Shown: positions 39,225 to 53,526 of the stretch, one piece after another
Layout of the letters: every line of letters begins with the position of its first letter
Numbering within the stretch: position 1 is the first letter of the stretch
Assembly: GCA_951406725.2 (NCBI GenBank)
Contig: OX597816.1
Location: forward strand, 160,580,001-160,644,000
Length of the DNA stretch: 64,000 bases
Source of the DNA: Octopus vulgaris
Taxonomy: Eukaryota
Direction: 5' to 3'
Notes under the pieces: model-generated
Seen by the model: only the letters and a program-made list of their open reading frames with translations
Database searches by the model: none
What the model was told of the DNA's origin: nothing
Made by a program: the position numbers and the translations under genes

Positions 39225-39294
<70 letters not shown>

Positions 39295-39382
39295 AGTGTA
39301 TGTATGTATGTATGTATGTATGTATGTGTATGTATGTATGTATGTATGTATGTATGTATGTATGTATGTATGTATGTATATA

Positions 39383-39918
39383 CTAGACCTACCCGTGACC
39401 CGTTGGGTCACCCGAAAAGTCTGAGTTTCCCAGCAATGGAGTTTTGTTTCGTGGGGTTTTTTTTCTTTTCGAGGTTATTTCGCATGCTTTCGACGAATCT
39501 TACACTGAAATTACACGTAAATGGCCCCTTTCTCCAGAAAAGGAGAGATTTGGCTGCTATTTCTTGCACGCCCTGCTACCACGTAACAGCTATTTTGGGT
39601 CCTTTATCGCAAATAGCTGTTAGTAGTAACAGGGCGTGCTAGAAATAACAGCTAAATCCTTGGAGCTGAGATACATTGAATGCAATTGAATAATTTTTGC
39701 AATGGTATTACCTTGGGGCGATCTTTCACTTTGATTCTCAGAGCTGTCACTTTGACTCTTAGAACTGTCATCCGGATTAGCTGGTTTTATTCGTTAATTT
39801 CCGTAAATTTTTTTATTTATTTACTTTTGTTTTAAAGTGAAAGAGAGGAGAAAAAGAAAGATGTATGAACGCGTATATGAAATGGACGTGTGTGTGTGTG
39901 CATGTGTGTATGTATGTA

Positions 39919-39968
<50 letters not shown>

Positions 39969-40490
39969 CCACTTACATATACATGAGAACCCACATTCAC
40001 TCACTCACTCACTCTCTCTCTCTCTCTCTTTCCATCTCCCTATCACACACATGCATACGTACATACAAAAAGTATGTACACATGTATTCATGTATGTATG
40101 TATACATGAGAACATACACCTTCACTCATTCTATCTCTTTCTCTCTCTCTCTTTCACACACATCTCCATTTCAAATACACGTGCATACATCTTTTACTTT
40201 CTCCTCTCTTTCACATAAAAAAAGTAAATAAAAAATTTTATGGAAATTAATGAACTTCGGATGACAGTTCTGGGAGTCAAAGCGAAAGATCGCCATTCAT
40301 TTGAAAATAATTTAAAAACAAAAAACATAAAAATATTGCCTATTTAAAGAAAGCCAAAATATAAATACTTGCTGTACAAACAACTTACATTTTTGAAATC
40401 ACATTCAATTAAAATATTTCTAAATGATTAAAATATTGTGTACGTCAATAGGGAGCGTGACGTAGACTATGTGTGTGTATATGTTACAGA
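39383..40490 (-). mobile_element. Probable non-autonomous Helitron
   Basis: The minus strand ends in hairpin GTGACCC-AAC-GGGTCAC, 8 nt, CTAG|T at 39383, a canonical Helitron 3' end. The 5' A|TC near 40490 is tentative. Confidence 0.45.
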
Positions 40491-40834
40491 TAGCAGACGT
40501 GTGTTTGTGTTGATTGACAAGCCATGACTTTCATTATCTGCGTGTGTATTCTGTATGGGTGTATGTGTGTTGACGTCACGGAAACCATGTTTTTGTTTTT
40601 CGGTAAGAAATAAACAAAAATTGTGTTTAATCTTTTCATTAACAGAGGTCCAACTATCTCAAAAATTTGTACTGCACTGACAACGGTAAGTATGAAAATA
40701 AATATGCAAAAAAAATTAAGATAAAATATACTATTTCTGAGATATTTCGGGTACACACAAACATCTCCAGACTTTTAGTATTATTAAGATGATTGTGTGT
40801 GTGTGTGTATAAACATACAATCGTACACACATTC

Positions 40835-41045
40835 GTTTTATTTGTTTGAGGCATTAGACTGCGACCATGCTGGGGCATTGCCTTGAAAGATTATAGTCGA
40901 ACAAATCGACCCCAGTAATTTCTTTCTTTAAGTCCTGGTACTTATTCTATCGTTCTTTTTTACTGAACCGCTAATCTACGGGGATGTAAACACATCAACT
41001 ACGGTTCTCAAGCAGTGGCTGGGACAAAAAAGATACAAACACACA
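40835..41045 (-). mobile_element. SINE type A, 3' module (diverged)
   Basis: GACTGCGACCATGCTGGGGCA...AGTCGAACAAATCGACCCCAG...GGGGATGTAAACAC. Confidence 0.65.
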
Positions 41046-41071
41046 CACATACACACTCATACATATCTATC

Positions 41072-41150
<79 letters not shown>

Positions 41151-41606
41151 AATCTGATTTCTATCTGTCTGTCGGTCGGTCTCTGTCTCTATCTTTAACT
41201 CTCTCTCTCTCCATCTCCCTTTCTCTCTCCCTCTCTCTCTCCCTTTCTCTCTCCCTTTCTCCCTCCCTCTCTCTCTCTCCCTCCCTCTCCCTCCCGCTCC
41301 CCCTCTCTCCCTTTCTCCCCCCTCTCTCTCTCTATATATATATACACATATTTAAAATTTGCCAGTCTTGTACCTAAATCAGAAAGGTAAGTCGGCTGAA
41401 ATGTTAGAGCTTTGGTAGAATGCCTCACGATATCTCTTCAGGATTTTTATGTTCTTAGTTCAAACATTACCGAGGGTGATTTTGCCTCTTAATCCTTTCA
41501 GGATCGATAAAATAAAGTAACAATCTATATTGATTTCTTTGCCGGTGAATGTTACCTGATGTTTTAACTCAAAACTAAGAAGCACTACCTTCAGTCGTAT
41601 ACCTGT

Positions 41607-41656
<50 letters not shown>

Positions 41657-41688
41657 GGCCGTTAAGCTACATGAAATATGTGTGCATG

Positions 41689-41761
<73 letters not shown>

Positions 41762-42486
41762 TTAGCTTTTGTCAATTTAGTTTGACTTCTGTTTGCATGT
41801 GCGCGCACAGTATATTTCTCACTTCCCTTTACATTTAGAAAGCTTTTAATAACCAAAACAAATTGCATTTTGTGAGGTAACAAAATGTTTTGAATATCAT
41901 GAAACCATTAACCATTAAAAATAAAATGGAGTACTACTTAAAGCATTTCTTATTACCATGCATTCATCATGGTAAGTTGCATCTAATATTTTTTTACTCT
42001 TGTTTCATTAACATGAAAGTCCACGAAACTCGTTTCTTTTAACGATGGCTTCCATCGAAGCTTCAGGACGCCGCTTCTCCTTTAGACATTACGAAATTAT
42101 CGATTTTTATAAGCTGTTTATCTGTTGGTGCTGATTTTGTTGTTGCTGTTCTTGTCGTCATCGTTGTTGTTCAACCTCAAGCGACCCCTGATTGTGCACA
42201 CCTATGATTAAAATCGTTCCGGTCACCATCAGCCCCTCTTTTATTCAGACAGAATATATCTAGCATTGCGAAACCCTATCTACCTTTCCCTTCCTAAAAA
42301 TGCCCTTCATTTTTCCTGCATGTTGTTTGTTGGATGCTATTTGCATCCTCCGAAGTGGCCAGACAAAGGCTCTCTCTCCACTTCGCCATTTTCTGTTATT
42401 TGAACACCATTTATTTATTTGGTTCTAGTTGTGTTCTCGTCATAAAGATAGGAAACAACTTGAAATGTATTTTTTATTATTTTTTT

Positions 42487-43290
42487 TACTCTAGGCACAA
42501 GGCCCGAAATTTTGGGGGAGTGGGGCAGTCGATTAGATCGACTCCAGTACGCATTTGGCCCTGATCTTATCGAGCCCGAAAGGATGAAAGGCAAAGTCGA
42601 CCTCGGCGGAATTTGAACTCAGAATGTAAAGGCAGACGAAATGCCGCTAAGCATTTCGCCCGGCGTGCTAACGTTTCTGCCAGTGAGACAATTTTTTCAT
42701 CCTAAGCACAATGCCCGAAATTTTGGGGAGGGGGCCAGTCGATTAGATCGACCCCAGAATGCAACTGTTCCATAATTTATCGACCCCGAAAGGGTGAAAG
42801 GCAAAGTTGACCTCGGCAGAATTTGAAATCAGAACGTAGACAGACGAAATACCGCTAAGCATTTCGCCCAGCGTGCTAAAGTTTCTGACAGGAGACAATC
42901 TTTTCTACTCTAGGCACAAAGCCCGAAATTTTTTTGTGGGTGGGGGGCAGTCGATTAGATCGACCCCAATACAAAACTGGTACTTAATTTATCGATCCCG
43001 AAAGGATGAAAGGCAAAGTCGACGTCGGCGGAATTTGAACTCAGAACATAAAGACAGACGAAATACCTATTTCTTTACTGCCCACAAGGGGCTACACACA
43101 GAGGGGACAAACAAGGACAGACAAACGGATTAAGTCGATTATATCGACCCCAGTGCGTAACTGGTACTTTATTTATCAATCCCGAAAGGATGAAAGGCAA
43201 AGTCGACCTCGGCGGAATTTGAACTCAGAACGTAACGGCAGACGAAATACCACTAAGCATTTCGCCCGGCGTGCCAACGTTTCTGCCAGC
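42487..43290 (-). mobile_element. Tandem array of four SINE type B units
   Basis: Monomer, monomer and dimer, each followed on the plus strand by GAGACAAT. Confidence 0.85.
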
Positions 43291-43920
43291 GAGACAATAA
43301 TGATAGCATGGCTATGTAGAACTTCGTAAAAATGATTTCGATTTAAACGAAGAAACCAGGCGAACTGAGACGAATAAAGAAAGCACAGAATGCCATATGC
43401 GTTGTTCCTGATTTAAATTTTCTACGGATGTCTGTGGCTGTTTAACAAAATTAAACCATTTACCACTGTCATCACGACTATCGCTTAACTATTTTATGTC
43501 ATGCTATACCTGTCAAAGTAATACGTTCTGCTGGAAATAAAATAGGCCAACTGATGCTCTGATAACGCCTATTGTAGCAGAATTGCAGCTATCCTCTTGT
43601 CTCCCAACAATTAAACTGTCCTTTCCTTTATGCGATGTCAGAATCGAGTAATTTGTGATTGAGATTATCTTTCCTAGTATTTGGAGTTGGTTTTGATTGA
43701 CATCCAAGTTCTACCTTCTCTGGAATTGGAGATTGTTCCAAGAATGAAAAATTAATTTTGTATGGTAATTAATACACCATTTTATACTTCTGTTTTCGTT
43801 TTCGATATACATATCACTGGCCACTCTGACTTATTTCTGTTTACACATTTTCGTTACGCACACACACACACACACACATTGATATAATAAAACAAAGCAT
43901 GAAAGAGTCTTTATTAAATA

Positions 43921-44238
43921 TTTAATCACACCATCTTACGTACGATTCATTGAAAATGAGTGACTATTAGTTACATAATGTAAATTACATAATGAAGGCT
44001 TATTGTTAAATTGTCAGAGACTTGTAGCCTTTATACACAACATTATTGGCTTGTAGAAATTTTGACAGAAGTAATTATGATATTGTTTCCATGATAGTTC
44101 TGTCAACATTCCTACCATTCGATAATGTTACTCGTAAAGGTCTCTGATGATTTGACAATAAGGTTTTATCACGTAATTTACATTATGTAATAATCGCCCA
44201 TTGTTAATGAAACGTGCGTATGATGGTATAAGTTTAAA
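43921..44238. repeat. About 315-bp imperfect palindrome (fold-back MITE-like)
   Basis: Nested matching blocks ACCATC..CATT, TTACATAATGTAAATTAC, CTTATTGT.AAAT..TCAGAGAC and GTAG.AAT.TTGACAGAA. TTAA near both ends. Confidence 0.75.
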
Positions 44239-44782
44239 TCATCTCTCACGTTTTGTTTTACTTTCTACATGCACTCTGTGAAACACCCATACATATATAC
44301 ATTATATACATGCACATACATACATACATACATACATACATGCAAGTATGTATACATAATACATACACACATAGATGCATACATACATACATACATACAT
44401 ACATACATACATACATACATACATACATACATACATACATACATACATACATACATACATACGTACATACATACGATTGAATTAACAGCCTTATCAGTCA
44501 GATGAAAGGAAAATTTATAACAAATCATTGAAATATTTAAGAAACCTCCGTTAGCTGTTAAATCAATTTCGTCAGAAGATCGGCAAATGTTTTGTAAACA
44601 TTTTGAATAATGTGGAAAGAAAATTCCGTGTTATGATGTTATTTAACGAACATCAATGAATCTGTTTTATACTCTACAGAAACGTCTTGGGCACTTGAAT
44701 ATATTTTGTGATTAACTTATCATTTCATCTCACTCACAAGATTGTTAATTCGATCTGAGAAACCAATATACTTATGAGTGCG

Positions 44783-44832
<50 letters not shown>

Positions 44833-44923
44833 TGTGTGTGAGTGTACGCGTAATTATATATATATATATATATATTTAAAGTACGTACGTATATATACAT
44901 ATATATATATATGCACGCGCGTG

Positions 44924-44984
<61 letters not shown>

Positions 44985-45072
44985 GTATAAATACACAGAC
45001 GTGTATACACGTACATACAGATATACACATAAATATACATATACACACATACACATACATGATACATATACA

Positions 45073-45117
<45 letters not shown>

Positions 45118-45376
45118 CATGATGTATATATATATTTGCCTTGATAATCTTTATGGATCTGCATTGATCTCTTTCTCTGTCGCTTCTTTTTCTCCCCCTC
45201 CTCACTCTCTTTCTCTGTACCTGTTAGTTGTGTGATGATGATGAACGTATATTGAATTATATATATTAAATTTGTTAAATATATATGAAGGTATAAGAAA
45301 ATGATTATTACACATCTAAGCATGTATTTATTCTCTCTCTCTCTCTCCACACACACACACATACATGCACATATAT

Positions 45377-45742
45377 TTGGGAAGCACTCCGTCGGTTACG
45401 ACGACGAGGGTTCCGGTTGATCCGAATCAACGGAACAGCCTGCTCGTGAAATTAACGTGTAAGTGGCTGAGCACTCCACAGACACGTGTACCCTTAACGT
45501 AGTTCTCGGGGATATTCAGCGTGACACAGAGAATGACAAGGCCGGCCCTTTGAAATACAGGTACAACAGAAACAGGAAGTAAGAGTGAGAGAAAGTTGTG
45601 GTGAAAGAGCAGGGATCACCACCATCCCCTGCTGGAGCCTCGTGGAGCTTTAGGTGTTTTCGCTCAATAAACACTCACAACGCCCGGTCTGGGAATCGAA
45701 ACCGCGAGTCCGCTGCCCTAACCACTGGGCCATTGCGCCTCC
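45377..45742 (-). mobile_element. SINE type C (tRNA-Arg-like head C + tail X), full length with TSD
   Basis: Head GGAGGCGCAATGGCCCAGTGGTTAGGGCAGCGGACTCGCGGTTTCGATTCCC. TSD ACATGCACATATAT at 45363-45376 and 45743-45756. Confidence 0.9.
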
Positions 45743-46226
45743 ACATGCACATATATATGCATGCATAAATGTGTATTAGTCACATACATGCATATACTCA
45801 TACTTGCGTACATGCACGTACATGCACGTACATGTACGTGCACATTCACAGACATATAGCATTCTAATATGTGTACATGTACTGAAAATAGGCAATTACC
45901 TGAGTTTCGAAAGCGTTGCACAGATTGCTCTACGTTAAACGTTCCGGATGTCAGTTCATATCACAATAAGGCCATGTTATCTTTTCGAATCGATAAATAA
46001 AGTCCCAGTACTTTTTCCTTTGACCTCATCTTTCTGTTTTTTCTAAAATAAATCAGCTGTGGCTAGACCTGAAGATGGACAGGCTTCGCCAAGTTGAAAA
46101 ATGTTGAAGACTCACGGTATATCAGAACGGCACCTCTTCGATATGCTCAAGGAGTCAGTGAAGAGCAAGCATGGCATGATGTATGTGTGTATGAATGTAT
46201 GCATGAACACACACACATACATGGGG

Positions 46227-46263
<37 letters not shown>

Positions 46264-46374
46264 TATATTGTCAAGCAGTGCAGTGCATTTGTGATTATGG
46301 CATCCAACTGGTCATTGTTATCGCCGGTTTCGCGCCGGATATTGGCACAAGACAATATTAACGACTCGTCAGGC

Positions 46375-46710
46375 GTATTTCTGTGTATAAGTCCTCATGT
46401 TAGCGTCAGTCTACTTTAGATATGTCGAGGCAACAGAGGAACCCTTTAAAGCCAGGTGGAATAATATTTTTCTTTCATGTTGCAGGAAAGCGAAACGTCA
46501 CAAATTTGGCCAGCTACATGTTGCGGTTAAAAGAGGACATAATCAACTGGAGATTATTGGAATTTTCCAGATCGAATCTTAATGGATGAAGGAAATGCAG
46601 ACTCCACTTAGCGGAGAAAAGGATCATTCTCACGATCTAGGCGATTTTTTGAACTCGGAAAGTGAAATTGAAGGATATTGCCCATCTGAGCGCAAATTCA
46701 TTTTGGCGAC
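46375..46710 (+). pseudogene. Penelope-like element GIY-YIG endonuclease C-terminal relic
   Basis: VYKS..YVEATEEPFKARWNN, LASYMLRLK..INWRLL and FLNSESEIEGYCPSERKFIL match the PLE pattern YIG.TE..FK.R.NNH / LS.YIW.LK..I.W / LLN..SE....C.H..KF.L. Confidence 0.65.
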
Positions 46711-47056
46711 GTGGTCATTTCTCGTTTTGAAAAACGGAACTATACACGAACAGCTTCACGCTTAACCCATGGCTAACATTAATCCACGAGAAATAACCCT
46801 TCTTTTCTTCTCCTTTCCTTCTTCCCCAAAATATTTTTCACCAAATTTCGTTCCATCCTCTGTACATAATGTTTTAAAGAGACAAATATTCGGCACGAAA
46901 CCGACGGTAGCATCTAACCAGTTATGTGCTACTTTGGCGGTGTATAAATATGTTCGGTTATTGAATGTGCTTTTATTTTTGACGTATGGACAAGTTATGT
47001 GTGCGTGTGTGCGCGCGCTTGTGTGAATATATGTATTTATATACACACACACACGC

Positions 47057-47115
<59 letters not shown>

Positions 47116-47798
47116 TGTGTATGTATGTATGTATGTATGTGTGTTCCTCTTGTGTTTGTGTATGTGCATGTGTATGTGTGTGTGCATGTATGTGTGTGTG
47201 TGTATTGCTGATAAGCTCTAGTAATCCTTTGATTGTAGCTGAAGGATATTGTAAAAAGCAATCTATAGTATCCTTCAGATGGTCATAAAGAAGCACTGTT
47301 AAAAAAACATTATTTGAAACACTTAAGTCAAGCGCCGTTTGCACATACACATTATGTGACGGTTCTGAAAAGGAAATTGTTAGATCTGATTGTCTTGATT
47401 GTTTGAAGCTACCGGAAACATTCGTTCTTGGAGCATACGTGTACGACGTTGAGAGGTTTGTGGAACAATGGATTGGTGAGGGAGAGTTTGGGAGATTTAG
47501 CTGTTGTGCGCAATGTATGTGGAGTTGTGTGGTGCAGCAAAGAAATGCCACCAACACTACTATCACTACCTCCAAGACCGCAAGTGGCACTCCGTCGGTT
47601 ACGACGACGAGTGTCCCAGTTGATCAACCGAACAGCCTGCTCGTGGAATTAACGTGCAAGTGGATGAATACTCCACAGACGCACATACTCTTAACGTAGT
47701 TCTCGGGGAGATTCAGCCAGCATAACACAGAATGTGACAAGGTTGGCGCCTTTGAATTACAGGTACTACACATTTTTGCTAGCTGAGTGGACTAGACT

Positions 47799-48131
47799 CA
47801 GTGGTTCCCAAAGCAGGAACACTCTAGACTCGCTGGCTCCCAAAGTGGGCGGTAGAAAGATCCATGGGGGTGTTGAAGAAAAATGGGGCGATAATGAGGT
47901 GACCAAAACGGGGCAATTCTTTTATCCGTTTATTATTTTATTTGTTTCAGTCATTTGACTGCGGGCATGCTGGAGCATCACCTTTAGTCGAGCAAATCGA
48001 CCCCAGGACTTATTCTTTGTAAGCCTAGTACTTATTCTATCGGTCTCTCTTGCCGAACCGCTCAGTGACGGGGTCGTAAACACACCAGCATCGGTTGTCA
48101 AGCGATGTTGGGGGACAAACACAGAAACACA

Positions 48132-48207
<76 letters not shown>

Positions 48208-48412
48208 CCGAAATTGCGAGGATGATCTGGTTCTTGACTGAAGATTGAAGGCTTCGAATGTCCCGTCCGTGTTTTTTGTATGGTCTTCTAAATGTTTTGC
48301 GTTCTTGTCCCAGTTTGTATTTTTTTACATATACATATATATATATATATATACAGTCATATATATATATATATATATACAGTTATATATATATATATAT
48401 ATATACACACTG

Positions 48413-48460
<48 letters not shown>

Positions 48461-48796
48461 GACGAGCTTCTTTCAGTTCCCATCTACCAAATCCACTCAC
48501 AAGGCTTTGGCCGGTCCGAGGCTATAGCAGAAGACACTTGCCCAAGGTGCCACGCACTGGGACTGAACCCGGAATCACGTGGTTGGTAAGCAAGCTATTT
48601 ATCACACAGCCACTCCGGATATAGAAAACAAACAAAATAAAAGGTTAATTAGGTTAAGTTTTATTTGTGAAATACTATTGTTTCGAATTTGCTGCAGAAA
48701 ATGGTCTATGCCTGTAATGGTGAGTGGTGGTAGTGGTGAGGCACTAGAAATGTGACAATAGAATCAAGGTAGCCTGTAAAAGTGTGGGAACCTCTG
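47799..48796. mobile_element. Non-autonomous hAT (Charlie-like) element carrying a nested SINE
   Basis: TIRs CAGTGGTTCCCA / TGGGAACCTCTG. Approximate 8-bp TSD GACTAGAC / GACTAGAG, centred on CTAG. It splits a type-D SINE whose halves rejoin across it. Confidence 0.75.
47930..48615 (-). mobile_element. SINE type A nested in the hAT element, itself interrupted at 48205-48327
   Basis: 3' module 47930-48135 and 5' module 48460-48615 are collinear. Confidence 0.8.
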
Positions 48797-49124
48797 GACT
48801 AGAGCAATGTGAAATAAGGTCTCTTGGTCAAGTACACAGCACGCCGCTGCGAATCGAGTTCACAAGCTTACAACCGTGCCGAAAATTTTAACCACTAAAC
48901 CACGCGCTTTCACAACACTATCCCCAACACCACAACCACCTACATAAGGACCACTACTACCAGCACCACAACACCATGAACACAACCATCACTACCACCA
49001 ACACTATCGTGACAACAACAAACAGTGCCACCACCATCACCTTTACGAATACAAAACTACTACTACCACCACCTCTACCGCTACAACAGCTATCACCAAT
49101 ACTACCCTCACATAGTCATAATAG

Positions 49125-49712
49125 GCATTATCGTATGGTAAAAAAACCCGCTCTACAATCACACGGTGTCGGTTTCACTCCCACTCTGCGGGGTACCTTG
49201 GCCAAGTTGCTTCTGCTATAGCCTTGGGCCGACCAATGCTTTGAGACGGTATTTGGCAGAAGGAAACTGTGTGGAAGCCCATCATATATATATGTGTGCG
49301 TGAGGAGTGTGTATTGTGTGCATACGCATGAGATGTGTGTGTGTGTTGCGTGCGAGGTATGCAAGTTGCATGTGTGTGCGTGTGAAGTGTGTGTGTGATC
49401 TGTGTGTGTATGTGAGGTTTGTGTGGTGTATGTGTTAGGTATGTGTATTGTGTGCGTACGTGTGAAATGTGTGTGTTGTGTGAGGAGTGTATGTTGCTTG
49501 TGAGCGTGTGAGGTGTGTGTTTATCTCCACGCTACCGTTTGACAACCGCTATTACTTTGTTTACGTCTCCCTTACCATAGCAGTTCGACAAATAAGCACC
49601 ACTATAAAAAAACAAAAAACAATTACTACTGAAGTAGATTTGTTCGACTACACCCGTCAAGAAATTGCCCCAGCATGGCCACGGGTCAATGACTGAAACA
49701 AGTGAAAGATAA
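49125..49712 (+). mobile_element. SINE type A (old, diverged internal repeat)
   Basis: TTCTGCTATAGCCTTGGGCCGACCAA...GGAAGCCCATC ... CCAGCATGGCC...ATGACTGAAACAAG. Confidence 0.65.
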
Positions 49713-50410
49713 AAATAAACAGTAAATAAAAAAAAAACAATGAAAACAAGAGGAAACTTCATTAAAGAGAATTTATTAATCATATAAATAAGTTTGAAAG
49801 ACATGTACGCACACGCACTGGTCTATACATGCACACATATAATTACAGGCGTATATATGCACACATATACACTATCACACACACACAAACACACTTATAA
49901 CTTGGAGTCATGAAGTAGAAGTAAATAATTGAACATGTACACACACACACACATATATATATATACATATATATTATATGTATAGATATATATAGATACA
50001 TATATATACATATATGATGTATATATATGCATACATATATCTATGTATGTATACATACATATATATTTATGCATACATACATGTAGACACACAGACATAT
50101 ACAGCTCACGCGCAGGCACACACTGACCCATAAGTGTACAGATAAACAGTCCCTGGACACGTATAACAAGAGATATATTATTATTATTATTATTATGTCA
50201 CAGTAGTGTGTTCGTAAAGGTTGTGTAATTAAGGATGTAGGTTGAACAAGAATGTTAGCAAGTAAGTTTGGAAACGTTGAAGGGCGAAATCAACAAAATG
50301 TCAAAGCAATGTTACAGAACGGAATTGTGCCATCTCTTGAGGTACGGTGAGGCGACTAGGAGCTGGGCTAACGACGGATGATATTATGTACCTATATATA
50401 TATATATGTG

Positions 50411-50443
<33 letters not shown>

Positions 50444-50547
50444 ATGTATAAATAAATATATATATATTTATTTATAATACAAAATAAGAAAATGGAGGAA
50501 TAGAATGAATTTGAGGTAAAACATTTTACCTTCGCCCATATAATACA

Positions 50548-50757
50548 TGTGTTTGTGTATCTGTGCTTGCTCCCCCCCCCAACATCGCTTGGCAACCGAT
50601 GCTGGTGTGTTTACGTCCCCGTAACTTAGCTGTTCGGCAAAAGAGACCGATAGAATGAGTACTAGGCTTACAAAGAATAAGTCCTGGGGTCGATTTGTTC
50701 GACTAAAGTCGGTGCTCCAGCATGGCCGCAGTCAAATGACTGAAACAAGTAAAAGAT
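50548..50757 (+). mobile_element. SINE type A, 3' module
   Basis: Near-consensus CATCGCTTGGCAACCGATGCTGGTGTG...GAAACAAGTAAAAGA. Confidence 0.8.
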
Positions 50758-50776
50758 ATATATATATATATGTATG

Positions 50777-50827
<51 letters not shown>

Positions 50828-50837
50828 GTATGTATAT

Positions 50838-50892
<55 letters not shown>

Positions 50893-51295
50893 TGTATGTG
50901 TGAGAGCAACCAGTGTACAACAGTGTGTATGTATGTAATGTATGTATTGATTGATTGATTGATCAGCTACGGTTCCCATACATGCCATTGCTCTCTCTGT
51001 TTCACTATAAACTCCAGCCAGCCTTGCTATGTTTTTTTGCCTTTATAATTTGACTATTCACTAATAACAACGATTCCTACTATATATATATATATATACC
51101 TCACCATCAACCAATGCCAGCAACAAGACCAACATCATCGCCGCCACCTCCGTCGCTCTATCACCATTAGCACTGCCAACTTCATGATCATTATCATTAC
51201 CAGCGTTAACATGGCGTCAAAAATAACAACAACCGTAACATTGGCGGAAAAATAATGTTAGCAAGCAAACGTATTACAAGCGGAAACGTGGGTTC

Positions 51296-51330
<35 letters not shown>

Positions 51331-51743
51331 CAATTGCAAATATAACAACAAAAACAACAAGTTGCAACAGCAGTAACAAGAACAACAAGAACAACAACAA
51401 CAACAACAACAACGATAACAACTGTTATGGCTTTATCACAATTTAAATTTTTTTTTCCTTTTAACGTCGTCACCTGTGCAACTAATTACTGTTGCGACCA
51501 CCGCTATCTTCATCCGTCACATTCATCATCGGCGTCAGTACCATCTTTATAATCAGCAGCTTAACAACAATTATCAACAGCTTATCACAGTCACATAAAA
51601 TGTGTAGTCGTTGTGTGTGTTCGTGTATGTATGTATGTATGTGTGTGTGTATGTATGTATATGTATGTATGTATGTGTGTGTGTATGTATGTATGTATGT
51701 ATGTATGTACGTATGTATGTACGTACGTATGTATATATATTAC

Positions 51744-51787
<44 letters not shown>

Positions 51788-52379
51788 TATGCATATATGC
51801 ACACGTACATGTAAACATATATGTGTATTTAAAAGTATAATCATTATGTATATATATATATATATGTGTATGTATATACACACACACATGTACATATATA
51901 CATATCCGTATACATATAAATATACAAGTTATATACATGTATATATATATACATACATATATGTATGTATATACATACATACATACATATAAACATATGT
52001 ATATATATATATGTACATATATATGTATCTACATACATGTATATATAGCTATATGCATACATATATATATACCTATATACCTATACACATACACACACAC
52101 ACATATATATGTATGTCGCAGTGTTTTGGGAGGGCCATTTTGTTAAGGTTACAAATGTGTAATGAAAGACTGTAACAGATCGATTATAACAGATGATGCA
52201 AACTACAACAAAACTTTATGTTATTATTAATATTATTATTTGTAGTGTTGGATCGACACCTCCTAAATACACAAGTATCAGGTTTTCAACACAGAATCAC
52301 GTTAATACTTTTAAGAAAAAGGGAAAAAAATACCTACAAAAATGAAACATATGTGTGCGTGTGTGCGTGTATGTATGTA

Positions 52380-52435
<56 letters not shown>

Positions 52436-52787
52436 TATACATGTGTACATATATGTATATATAAATGCATATATATTTGTATATACCACATGTAAATTGA
52501 TATGTATATAGAGATATACATTTATATATATATATATATATATATAGTCATACATATATATATACACATACATATATGCATATATATATACACACACATA
52601 TATGTATATATATATATATATATATAATATATGTATATATATATATGTATATATATATATATTTATATATGTATATATATATGTATATATATATATATGT
52701 ATATATGTATATATATATATACATGCAAACGCACACAGATATATATATATTTATACTACATTGATACACGAATCAATTTTGTAATCA

Positions 52788-52818
52788 CTACCACCACCAC
52801 CACCACCACCACCACCAC

Positions 52819-52856
<38 letters not shown>

Positions 52857-53484
52857 TCATCGTTTCTATTAGTTCCGTAATAATCATCGTCGTCGTCGTC
52901 GTCTTATGAAACATGAGAATGTTATGTAGACCTTATACTTGGCCACTAATCGCCATCATGATCACCATCAATTCATGGAAACAACCTTATCACCACCGGC
53001 GTTCGTCGTCAGCATCATCATCGTCTGCAACAGAACCAGCAGCAGCAGTAGCATCACTATCACGACTATTTTATTGATTGATGATAATGAATGATGGTGT
53101 TGGTGTTGGTGGTGGTGGTGGTGATGCTGGTGATGATGATGATGATGCGGACGGTGATTGGTGTTGGATATGATGATGATGATGATGATGTTGATGACGA
53201 TTATGGTACTGATTGGAGTGATGCTTGCTGATGGCGATGATGATAATTGTAAAAAACCATAAAAAAAAAAACGAAAACGGCTATATCGATTTTTTTTTGT
53301 TTGCGTTTCCGTTTTTTTTCTTTTCTTTTTTTTTTATTTCTTTAAACGAAACGAATTATTTGGTTTTATCTTCATCATCCTCTTCTTCCTCCTCCTCCTC
53401 CTCATCATCATCATCATCATCATCGTCGTCGCCATCATCATCGTCGTCATCATCATCATCATCATCATCATTGTCATCATCATC

Positions 53485-53526
<42 letters not shown>

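Larger units (their letters stand above)
47585..48912 (-). mobile_element. SINE head D + tail X split by the hAT insertion
   Basis: Tail X plus AGCTGAGTGGACTAGA (47585-47797) resumes as GACTAGAGCAATGTGAAAT...CCACGCGCTTTC (48797-48912). Confidence 0.7.

Noticed and set aside
42487-43298. Repeat-spacer pattern resembling a CRISPR array
   Set aside because: Units are ~200-bp SINE copies with an identical short spacer, in eukaryotic DNA with no cas genes.
45680-45742. tRNA-like sequences with A and B boxes (also 19585, 31918, 9532)
   Set aside because: They are SINE heads, followed by SINE bodies and flanked by TSDs. No complete cloverleaf.
46762-47699. ORFs of 141-205 aa around 47 kb
   Set aside because: Composed of microsatellite and SINE or family-E sequence, with no recognisable protein motif.
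48236-48268. CTGAAGA...CTTCGAATGTC as a functional hammerhead
   Set aside because: Lacks the full GAAA and has no viable stem II loop. At best a decayed relic.
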